From an uncultured Candidatus Saccharibacteria bacterium (GTDB taxonomy: Bacteria; Patescibacteriota; Minisyncoccia; Phycocordibacterales; PALSA-1337), in assembly GCA_964459225.1 (NCBI GenBank), contig CAYWKB010000001.1:116140-180139 (forward strand): 64,000 nt of DNA, read 5' to 3'. The stretch's first letter is position 1; every line of letters starts with the position of its first letter. Both the position numbers and the translations under genes were made by a program. This document shows, in pieces, positions 56,573 to 64,000 of this stretch. The notes under the pieces are model-generated. The model had not been told where the DNA came from, searched no databases, and saw only the letters and a list, made by a program, of their open reading frames with translations.

Positions 56573-56574
56573 AA

Positions 56575-57597
56575 TTAAAATGTTATTTCATTATCTACAT
56601 TTTGATTTTGCTTTTTACTAAAGTATACAGTAAATCCTGATCTCGCGCCCTGTAGTATGTTATCAGTATTTCTAACGTCTAGATTTATATTTGAACTACC
56701 GTCCACATCCCCTTTTACTCGCACCGTTATGCTCCTGTTTTCTATTAAATCATTTTGCTGAATATTATTTATTGACCATGCATAAGAGTTTTTGATGCTA
56801 TTAAATCCAAAAGGAATAGCGATTATTTTCATTTCTGAATTATTGAGCGGTACTCTACCGTTTAAAGATTTATTGTATAGTATTCCGTATAATGCATCAT
56901 TTTCATAAAATGAAAGACTTGGATCAGTTGGTTCTATATTAATACTGCCAAATGTTGAATCTGTTTGTTCACGATTGTATACCTCGACTGAGACATTTAA
57001 TGGTTTCGGTATTTCACTTCCTCTGATTTCTACATATTGTTTTCCATACCCCTGTCCATTTTCAATATACTTACCATCACTTTTCCATGAATACACCAAT
57101 GTTTTTGGGTCTAATTCATTTTTACCATCTTTTGATATATGAGGCATTGCAATTAATCTAACTTTATTTTGATAGGTATATGGAATCTTTGATTTATAAA
57201 ATGGATGCGAGTATCCTTCAGATTCAAGTATTATTTCAACAGAACCAGTTTTTATTGTTACTGATTTTCTTGCTTCTAAACCATCAGATGAACTCACTAC
57301 TGCTGTTATGGTCATAACTGAACCCACCTTTGGAGCGGTTACGGAGATTTTTTTTATTCCTATTCCCTTTTCTTGAGTCTTTCCATTTACTAACCAAACA
57401 ATTGATGAAGAATTTAAATCAATTAAATAACTTTCTAAAGTTATGTCTACATTTTGTCCCGGTCTTGGATTGTCGGTACTTTTATTTATAGTTAATCTAT
57501 CTATACCATTTGGAATTTGAGCATGTATATAATGTGTATTTCCATAAAATACACTTAAAATTAGAATAATTATCGATAATTTAAATATCAATTTCAT
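56575..57597 (-). CDS. secreted protein with Ig-like repeats
   Basis: Signal peptide; three W/Y.W..NG-type beta modules. Confidence 0.6.
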   Translation of the reverse strand: MKLIFKLSIIILILSVFYGNTHYIHAQIPNGIDRLTINKSTDNPRPGQNVDITLESYLIDLNSSSIVWLVNGKTQEKGIGIKKISVTAPKVGSVMTITAVVSSSDGLEARKSVTIKTGSVEIILESEGYSHPFYKSKIPYTYQNKVRLIAMPHISKDGKNELDPKTLVYSWKSDGKYIENGQGYGKQYVEIRGSEIPKPLNVSVEVYNREQTDSTFGSINIEPTDPSLSFYENDALYGILYNKSLNGRVPLNNSEMKIIAIPFGFNSIKNSYAWSINNIQQNDLIENRSITVRVKGDVDGSSNINLDVRNTDNILQGARSGFTVYFSKKQNQNVDNEITF

Positions 57598-57623
57598 TAA
57601 ACATATTTTAACATACTTATTTA

Positions 57624-58061
57624 TTATTCAGTTAATGAGATTTCCTCAGAATCACTCTTTTTATTTGGCATTCGTATTCCCGGAGTTGAATTTACTGGAT
57701 TTCTGATTTTGCGAGGTAATCTTACGCCTGGTTTGGCGGTATTTGATAATGCTCCACCATCTCCTTTTGTTGTATGTTTTATATACCAAATATCCATTAT
57801 CCATGCGGGTGCCACACCTCCTGTTAATTCCTCTACTCCCGCAATTCCAAGCATTGAAATTAATCTACCGGGATGTGTAATCACTGAAACACCGTTGTAT
57901 TCTAAATATATTATGAGTGAAATTCCAACTAAAGGATCTAATATTCCATTTATTATTACCCCAACACCAGTCAAACCAAGCAATATTTGAGTACTGTCTA
58001 TAAAAGCTGTAACACCATATAGCATTTTCCAATTTACCTTGTTACCCTCTTGTTCTTCCAT
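57624..58061 (-). CDS. hypothetical membrane protein
   Basis: Hydrophobic N-terminal half; 1 nt after VirB4 stop. Confidence 0.65.
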   Translation of the reverse strand: MEEQEGNKVNWKMLYGVTAFIDSTQILLGLTGVGVIINGILDPLVGISLIIYLEYNGVSVITHPGRLISMLGIAGVEELTGGVAPAWIMDIWYIKHTTKGDGGALSNTAKPGVRLPRKIRNPVNSTPGIRMPNKKSDSEEISLTE

Positions 58062-58062
58062 G

Positions 58063-59886
58063 CTATTTTGTATTATTTGAAGCCATCTCTAAATCTTTTT
58101 TGGCTTGATTTATTGCCATAACTTGAGCTGGGTTTGTGGTAATGATTTGATCTTCTGTATATGAAGCAACAACTTTTAATGCTACATGCTTTAAGCCCAC
58201 AAAGAATATTCCCTCCCCCACATCTGATTCTAGTAATAGATATTTTTCTTCATCTGTAAGATTGAATGTTCTTTGAATATTGTCTATTGATGATGGTGAT
58301 TGTTTTAGAAGTATTTGTATTGAAGAGTTTGTAATAATAGGTAAACCATAAGGAGATTTTAGGAAATCATCAACGTCCTGGGTGATTGTTGCAAGTCCCA
58401 AATAATATTTACGTCCTCTCTTTGCAAGTCCAAGTAAAAATGATGCCGTATCCTCTGATTTCATCATCCACCATGCCTCATCAATAACCAAAAGTCTCTT
58501 TTTCAACTCTTTTCTAATTGCATTCCATATATAGTGAGTAACTATATACATTGCTACTGGTTTTAACTCATCTTCCATATCACGAAGTGAAAATACAACG
58601 AATTTTTTATTTATATCAACATTTGATGGTCTATTTATAAAGCCTGACCATGTACCCTTTGTGTATTTTGTTAATCTTTCAACCAATGATTCAGCACCTT
58701 CCATGCCTGCTAGAACAAGTTCAAAATCAGAAAGAAGTGGTGGTTCAACATTTCTAAAATCTGATTCAGGGCTAATATCTTTTAATGCATATGTTTCACT
58801 TATTGCCCTATCTATTATGGCGTCTTCTTCTTGAGTTAGTCCTCCAAGCATAATTCTAAACAAACCAACAAGATTAATTATGTTTGAACGTAATACATCT
58901 GCCGCACTCTCATCCTCTCTTGGTATTGGTAAATCAAAAGGATTAATATGATGCTCTGAGTTAAGTGAAATATTAAAGTATTTACCACCAGTTGCTTCAG
59001 CCATGTATTCGTATTCTTTTTCTGGATCAATAACTATAACTTCAGTATCAAACATCAATGTTCTAAGTATTTCTAGTTTTGTACAATATGATTTACCTGA
59101 ACCGGCCTTTGCAAAAGTAACTGAATTGTAATTTTCAAGTAAAAATCTATCAAACAGCACAAGTGATGAATTATGTCTGTTGATTCCATAAAGTATTCCC
59201 TTATCAGAAGTTAGGTCAAATGAAACAAATGGGAAAAGACTAGAAAGAGGCGAAGAATTAAGCTTAGAATGAACCGCCAATTGATCATCCCCTATTGGTA
59301 GCACACTCTTGTACCCGCTTTCCTGTTGGAATAGTGCTGGTTTAATGTATACGAGTTTTGATTCCAGTATTGATTTGATTTCAGACTCTATCTTATCTAA
59401 TTCAGCTGTGCTATCTCCGAAAATAGTTATATAAACTCCCACATCAAATATCTTTTCTTGTGCCTGCATCAAATTGTCTCTAAGTGCCTCAAGATCTTGA
59501 TATGCGGTGTCTAGCATAGGGTCACGGACTAATCCCTTATCTTCCCTAGTTGATATTTGACTTTGTACCTCGGCTACCTTTTTTTGAAAATGTCTCAATA
59601 TCTTTGCTGTATCAACTGGATGTATAAAAATAGAAATATTAAAGATTTTATCCAGGTTAATGATTGGTGCAAACCAACTCTCAGTCAAAAACCTTGGATA
59701 TGAAATAACAAAAAATGTTCTCGCCACCTTTTCACCCAAATTTATCTCTTTTGGACTTATCTTTAATGCAGAAGGTGCTATAACATCTTTTAATTCAAGT
59801 ATTCCTGCCTCATATATTTCTTGAGGCATAAGAGATACTATAGGTGACTTTTCTTTTTTACCAAATAATTTTGAAAATATACTCAT
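58063..59886 (-). CDS. VirB4/TraC-like ATPase
   Basis: LYGIN, AGSGKS Walker A, IDPEKEY, INPFD, LVIDEAW Walker B, RGRKY, ITQ. Confidence 0.92.
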   Translation of the reverse strand: MSIFSKLFGKKEKSPIVSLMPQEIYEAGILELKDVIAPSALKISPKEINLGEKVARTFFVISYPRFLTESWFAPIINLDKIFNISIFIHPVDTAKILRHFQKKVAEVQSQISTREDKGLVRDPMLDTAYQDLEALRDNLMQAQEKIFDVGVYITIFGDSTAELDKIESEIKSILESKLVYIKPALFQQESGYKSVLPIGDDQLAVHSKLNSSPLSSLFPFVSFDLTSDKGILYGINRHNSSLVLFDRFLLENYNSVTFAKAGSGKSYCTKLEILRTLMFDTEVIVIDPEKEYEYMAEATGGKYFNISLNSEHHINPFDLPIPREDESAADVLRSNIINLVGLFRIMLGGLTQEEDAIIDRAISETYALKDISPESDFRNVEPPLLSDFELVLAGMEGAESLVERLTKYTKGTWSGFINRPSNVDINKKFVVFSLRDMEDELKPVAMYIVTHYIWNAIRKELKKRLLVIDEAWWMMKSEDTASFLLGLAKRGRKYYLGLATITQDVDDFLKSPYGLPIITNSSIQILLKQSPSSIDNIQRTFNLTDEEKYLLLESDVGEGIFFVGLKHVALKVVASYTEDQIITTNPAQVMAINQAKKDLEMASNNTK

Positions 59887-59891
59887 AATAA

Positions 59892-60524
59892 TTAATTAAT
59901 TTGAATAGGCTTTTCGGTTTCACCTGGATTGAATATTTTATAATATAATTCTACCACCTCCTCAGTCCCTAGTTCAGCAACTCTTATTCCACATCTTACC
60001 AAACCTTGCTCAACTACCCCTACCCTCTGCTCCAATTGACTGCGGTATTCCTCAAATTTTTCATTTGCGAGTAGTTTGTTTTCTTCTTTTTTATTTATCA
60101 ATGATTTAATCGGATTACTACTCATTGTGATTGGCGGAGCAAAAGGTATTACAAGGAAAAATCCTTTAGTCATAATATTGCTGTTATCAACAAATGTTTT
60201 AATGAATTCGATGTATTCTCTTGTCTGTATTTTCATTAATTCTGTCATTTGCTCTTTATATCTTTCCTCAAGTAAGGCAATATATGGCCTTATATCAAGT
60301 CTTTTTGATTGTATGAAAATTTGAATAGAAAAGTCCAACGAATTAATAAAATTTTGAAATTGTGAAATTATGGCATTTTGTTCATCTGATGATTTGAGGG
60401 CAAAGTTTAATGATGATGCCAAAATGATTGATCTCATAGAACCATCTTTTAATATCACTATTCCATCACGAATCTCTTGAATGGGTACAAATTCTTGTGT
60501 TGTTTTTGTATTATTTTGAGCCAT
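59892..60524 (-). CDS. VirB4-accessory (TraC N-terminal-like) protein
   Basis: DG....DG, NF.LKS.DEQ, F.NSLDF..QI; between PrgI and VirB4. Confidence 0.7.
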   Translation of the reverse strand: MAQNNTKTTQEFVPIQEIRDGIVILKDGSMRSIILASSLNFALKSSDEQNAIISQFQNFINSLDFSIQIFIQSKRLDIRPYIALLEERYKEQMTELMKIQTREYIEFIKTFVDNSNIMTKGFFLVIPFAPPITMSSNPIKSLINKKEENKLLANEKFEEYRSQLEQRVGVVEQGLVRCGIRVAELGTEEVVELYYKIFNPGETEKPIQIN

Positions 60525-60525
60525 A

Positions 60526-60951
60526 TTATTTTTGATTTTTATTACTATACATACTTTCCTTTATATCCAAACTCCAAGTTAAGTCTTTCAATTTGCTGTC
60601 TGAAATTTTAGGTACCATTATTCCGGCGTATTCTTTTGCTTCTTGTATTGCATTATCTGCTTTTTGATTTGGAACCTTTTTCCAAAGGAAAAGCTTGGCA
60701 GATGTATAGTATTTAAATGCTGCCTCAACTACATTTATAAATGGTTTATTGTTTATTTTATAAAATGCAAGCGAAATAGAAAAAGCCATTATTAATAAAA
60801 TAGGAATTCCAGATAATAATATTGATGGTAAAAATTTATAAATTATAAAAGATAACCCTGCCCCACCAGCTAGATAAATGAATTGTTTTAATGTTAATGG
60901 GCCAAATATTTTATCCTCAACTTCAATAAATTGTGGAACTTGATATCGCAT
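60526..60951 (-). CDS. PrgI family protein
   Basis: VPQFI..EDKIFGPLT.KQF, two TMs, N.KPF. Confidence 0.88.
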   Translation of the reverse strand: MRYQVPQFIEVEDKIFGPLTLKQFIYLAGGAGLSFIIYKFLPSILLSGIPILLIMAFSISLAFYKINNKPFINVVEAAFKYYTSAKLFLWKKVPNQKADNAIQEAKEYAGIMVPKISDSKLKDLTWSLDIKESMYSNKNQK

Positions 60952-60981
60952 GCAAATATTATATCACACACATGTTATCTA

Positions 60982-61698
60982 CTATATCTGTTCTCTGTAT
61001 GGATCTGCAGTATTGTTTGTATTTTTATCTATTTTTTCCTTTATTTCTATTTTCTTTTCCACCACCCTTTCCTTACTGTTAACTGGAGAGTTTAATAAAT
61101 GATCGATCATTGAAACACTAGGTATGTTTTCTGGTTCCTCTATACCCTTTAATACTTCCTCTTTATTGATTTCTATATTTTGAGCAGGCACACTTGCCTT
61201 TTCAATAGTAAAATCCCCTACTTTTTCGATATTGGGTATATCCTTTACTATTTCCGGTGGGTGCATATATGTTGGGATTGTGGTGACAACGGGATTAGGT
61301 TTTTTGATTGGTGCTGAATATATAGGTGTTGGGGTTTTAGGGGCTTCGGGTTCGTTGAATTGTACATTATCTGTATTATCCGAATCACCTGACTCTCTAA
61401 GCGATGATCTTATTTCGTCAAATATTTCCCTGTTTACATCCTTGGCTATATTAAAACAAACGTCACTACCCAAGTTCATTTTTTTTGATATGTTTGGAAC
61501 AAAATTTTTTTGCGAAGTAGCTCCTAGTATCAACAATACAATTTCATCAGTAAGTATTGCCTTATTATCAACCATTAGATTGTATTTGTCTGAGATAGCT
61601 CCTATTTTTTCAGGTAAATCTGTAGAAGTAATAACGTCTTTCAGATTATCTGGAAGTTTGTTAAATAATTCAATTTTTTGTTCTTTTGTGTATTCCAT
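60982..61698 (-). CDS. hypothetical protein
   Basis: Helical N-domain, Pro-rich linker, DPYRE C-terminus. Confidence 0.7.
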   Translation of the reverse strand: MEYTKEQKIELFNKLPDNLKDVITSTDLPEKIGAISDKYNLMVDNKAILTDEIVLLILGATSQKNFVPNISKKMNLGSDVCFNIAKDVNREIFDEIRSSLRESGDSDNTDNVQFNEPEAPKTPTPIYSAPIKKPNPVVTTIPTYMHPPEIVKDIPNIEKVGDFTIEKASVPAQNIEINKEEVLKGIEEPENIPSVSMIDHLLNSPVNSKERVVEKKIEIKEKIDKNTNNTADPYREQI

Positions 61699-61704
61699 AG
61701 ATTT

Positions 61705-63657
61705 TTAAAATACAATGTTTGTCTTTAAATAATTTTGTGATTTTTCAATTACAGAGCCTTTGGTTGGGAAAATATATGAATCTATAATATTTCTGATATC
61801 CTCTCTAACCGTCTTGTCCACATTAGCATTAGCAATAGCTTTCAACATTGCCGGATCAAGATATTTTGCAACATCTCTTTGTCTAAGTATATCTTCAGGT
61901 AGCTTCGATACATCCTCAGGTCTACCTTTAAGGTGAGTATTGATTAAGTAATCTCCCGAATTACCATTGTTGGTTACAATCTTTTTAAATCCATCAGTAC
62001 GTGCGTTCTTTATTTTTGATTTCTGATCAGGTGTCAATTCATCACTTTTAATAAGTGATTCAAACTTAGAAGATGATAGGTGTGTGATAAAGTCCTCATT
62101 AGAAAGTGTATCGAAAGGTAGTTTTTCCAATTCCTTATTATCCATTCCAGAAACACTATCTTTAAAAGATTTTAGTATTACTGGACTAACTCCCCCACCA
62201 GTTTTTAAAGCATCCAAATAAGTTTTTAAATTTTTAGAATTTGTTGCGGTTCTAGATATTCCAGCCAGTGTTTTAGCTCTCTCTTTATTTTCCTTATCAT
62301 AATCTTCAGTTGATTTGCTCCCACCGTACTTTCCTTTTGCAGCTGTGTTTATACCACCCCTCACTGCTTGGCTTATACCCAAACCTCTCAATACATTTGT
62401 GGCGGCTTTACCTACAGGACTTTTCTGTGCATTTATTGCCATATTATCAAACCTTTTACCTACAGCACCAGCTGCTTTACCAACAGTCTTCCTACCAACA
62501 AATCCACTTATGTTACCAAGAAGACCTGTAGCCATATCTAATCCCGGTGCCCACTTTGCTCCAACCGCACCAAACTTAAGCGCTGCGATTAACGGTGCAT
62601 TTATAAAAATAATAGCGATAATGTATTGAATAGTCACACCGATAGAAGTTACTCCAAAAGGCCCCTCACCTGGCGGTATTACTCCATTTGAATTAGCTCC
62701 ACTATTAAATATTGAATTAAAATTAGGACTACTTATTAGTCTAAGAGCTATATACATAAGACAAAGATACACAGGTAAAAATAATAGCTGACTAGTAAAC
62801 ATATCTTTTAGTCTTTTAGATACCTCCTGCTCTATTTGTGGAAATATCATTCCAACAAAGTAAAATGGTGATAATGCCATTAAGAAAAGCAGTATTCCTG
62901 TTCTTGCAAATATGGCAATTCCAGCAGCAAAAAAGCTAAATGCAGCAGTTATCATCATAATCACCCCACTTATTGTTGCGATGAAAATAGCAAGTCCAGC
63001 ATCAGCACTTTGTAAAACTGAGGTATTTTTATATATCTGTGGAATTTTGAGACTACTCATAAATACATCTGACAGTCCACCATTTGTTGCAGAAGCAACT
63101 ATACCCGCATTAGCGTTCACATTTGGTACCATTGCTCTATAAAACTGCATGGATACTAGATTTGATGCATCTATACCAACTCTCACAAAAAATAAACTGA
63201 AATTTATTAGCATTCCAGCTATAATTATATTAAATATAAGTTTTTTGGTTGTCTCTACACCTGATCCAATGATTATCGATATTGAGCTGTATATTAAGAA
63301 AAATATTATAAAAATATTTGAGATATTTCTAACGGTTTTCCATGTCTCCCCTATTACCGGCATATTTGTATCTTTTGTATAATCACCGATATTCAATGTA
63401 AGTGTTATTGCTTGATTTAAAAAGTACCCTGAAATTGACAATAACCATGAAGTTAAACTCAATAAGGCATTACCAATAGCAGCTGCTGCATTATTGATAC
63501 CACTTAAAGCTATTCTTTCAACTATAGTTACTTTACCTTCTGTATTATCCTTTCCACCTTGTTGTGCATGTGTATATACAGGAATAATAAAAATTAAAAT
63601 AGCAAAAAATACCATTGATATTATTGCTATTTTGTTTTTATTAAATAAATTCTTCAT
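61705..63657 (-). CDS. VirB6/TrbL-like polytopic membrane protein
   Basis: W..VRN..N, LINFSLF, R...L..L..LSP, about 7 TMs, G/A-rich then charged tail. Confidence 0.7.
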   Translation of the reverse strand: MKNLFNKNKIAIISMVFFAILIFIIPVYTHAQQGGKDNTEGKVTIVERIALSGINNAAAAIGNALLSLTSWLLSISGYFLNQAITLTLNIGDYTKDTNMPVIGETWKTVRNISNIFIIFFLIYSSISIIIGSGVETTKKLIFNIIIAGMLINFSLFFVRVGIDASNLVSMQFYRAMVPNVNANAGIVASATNGGLSDVFMSSLKIPQIYKNTSVLQSADAGLAIFIATISGVIMMITAAFSFFAAGIAIFARTGILLFLMALSPFYFVGMIFPQIEQEVSKRLKDMFTSQLLFLPVYLCLMYIALRLISSPNFNSIFNSGANSNGVIPPGEGPFGVTSIGVTIQYIIAIIFINAPLIAALKFGAVGAKWAPGLDMATGLLGNISGFVGRKTVGKAAGAVGKRFDNMAINAQKSPVGKAATNVLRGLGISQAVRGGINTAAKGKYGGSKSTEDYDKENKERAKTLAGISRTATNSKNLKTYLDALKTGGGVSPVILKSFKDSVSGMDNKELEKLPFDTLSNEDFITHLSSSKFESLIKSDELTPDQKSKIKNARTDGFKKIVTNNGNSGDYLINTHLKGRPEDVSKLPEDILRQRDVAKYLDPAMLKAIANANVDKTVREDIRNIIDSYIFPTKGSVIEKSQNYLKTNIVF

Positions 63658-63660
63658 ATT

Positions 63661-64000
63661 TTATATTCCAGTTAAGGTATTTGGAAATAACTGACATTCC
63701 TGTAACATTCTCTGTGCTTCTTGATTCATTGGATTTGTCTTTGCAACTATTGCATCGTACTCATCCTTTGAAGCTTGCACATCTTGCAGTGTTGCTATTG
63801 TCCTGTTTTGTATCATTGCTGAGTATTTTTGACTTGGTGCATTTAAATCATTAAGTGAATTTGCTGTTGTTATACTTGTCTTTAATAATGTTAATTCCGA
63901 TAATCTACCATCAGCTAACTTTGCAGAACTAAATAGTGTTGTGGCCTGTGGAGCTAAATCAGTATTTATTTTACCAGTCACTAGCTCTATTTTACTATTT
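63661..64000 (-). CDS. hypothetical protein, C-terminal part (runs off window edge)
   Basis: Open frame ending 3 nt before the VirB6-like start. Confidence 0.6.
   Translation of the reverse strand, partial: NSKIELVTGKINTDLAPQATTLFSSAKLADGRLSELTLLKTSITTANSLNDLNAPSQKYSAMIQNRTIATLQDVQASKDEYDAIVAKTNPMNQEAQRMLQECQLFPNTLTGI

Noticed and set aside
825-63694. Numerous 60-180 aa antisense or overlapping ORFs in the track
   Set aside because: They lie opposite or within well-supported genes and have S/I/F/L-rich shadow composition.
1-64000. CRISPR array, rRNA, IS elements
   Set aside because: No regularly spaced repeats, rRNA-like stretch or transposase motif seen.

Overview
AT-rich chromosomal segment of a reduced-genome bacterium, most consistent with Patescibacteria/CPR (Parcubacteria-like). 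Supporting signs are rplK without rplA, tRNA-Arg(GCG), short YebC/HolA/YidC, and standard code 11 (TGA used as stop). The window spans the probable replication origin (dnaN-oriC-dnaA / rpmH-rnpA-yidC). It holds many housekeeping genes (ileS, argS, tyrS, polA, ruvABC, mutM, murE, PBP1A, secE-nusG-rplK), 7 tRNAs, type IV pilus genes (pilMNO, pilB) and a VirB4/PrgI/VirB6/pilin secretion-like cluster next to oriC. The main finding is a seven-gene pyrimidine/folate cluster (5.8-10.7 kb). Its thymidylate synthase homolog has Asp at the dUMP-specifying Asn position and Pro at the His after the catalytic Cys, the signature of dCMP-modifying enzymes. Its 'dCTP deaminase' lacks the catalytic Glu. Together these suggest a dCTP->dCMP->5-methyl-dCMP->dTMP route, or a supply of 5-methyl-dCTP. 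Other observations: a histidine-phosphatase domain inside IleRS, near-systematic -10 boxes 6-7 nt before start codons (leaderless architecture), three ORF-less structured transcription units (one 6S-like rod), branched hairpin elements next to tRNA 3'-end duplications, dispersed promoter-orphan-terminator cassettes, and a nonsense-inactivated hicA toxin. All calls come from reading motifs by eye; no searches or folding programs were run, so novelty is unverified.
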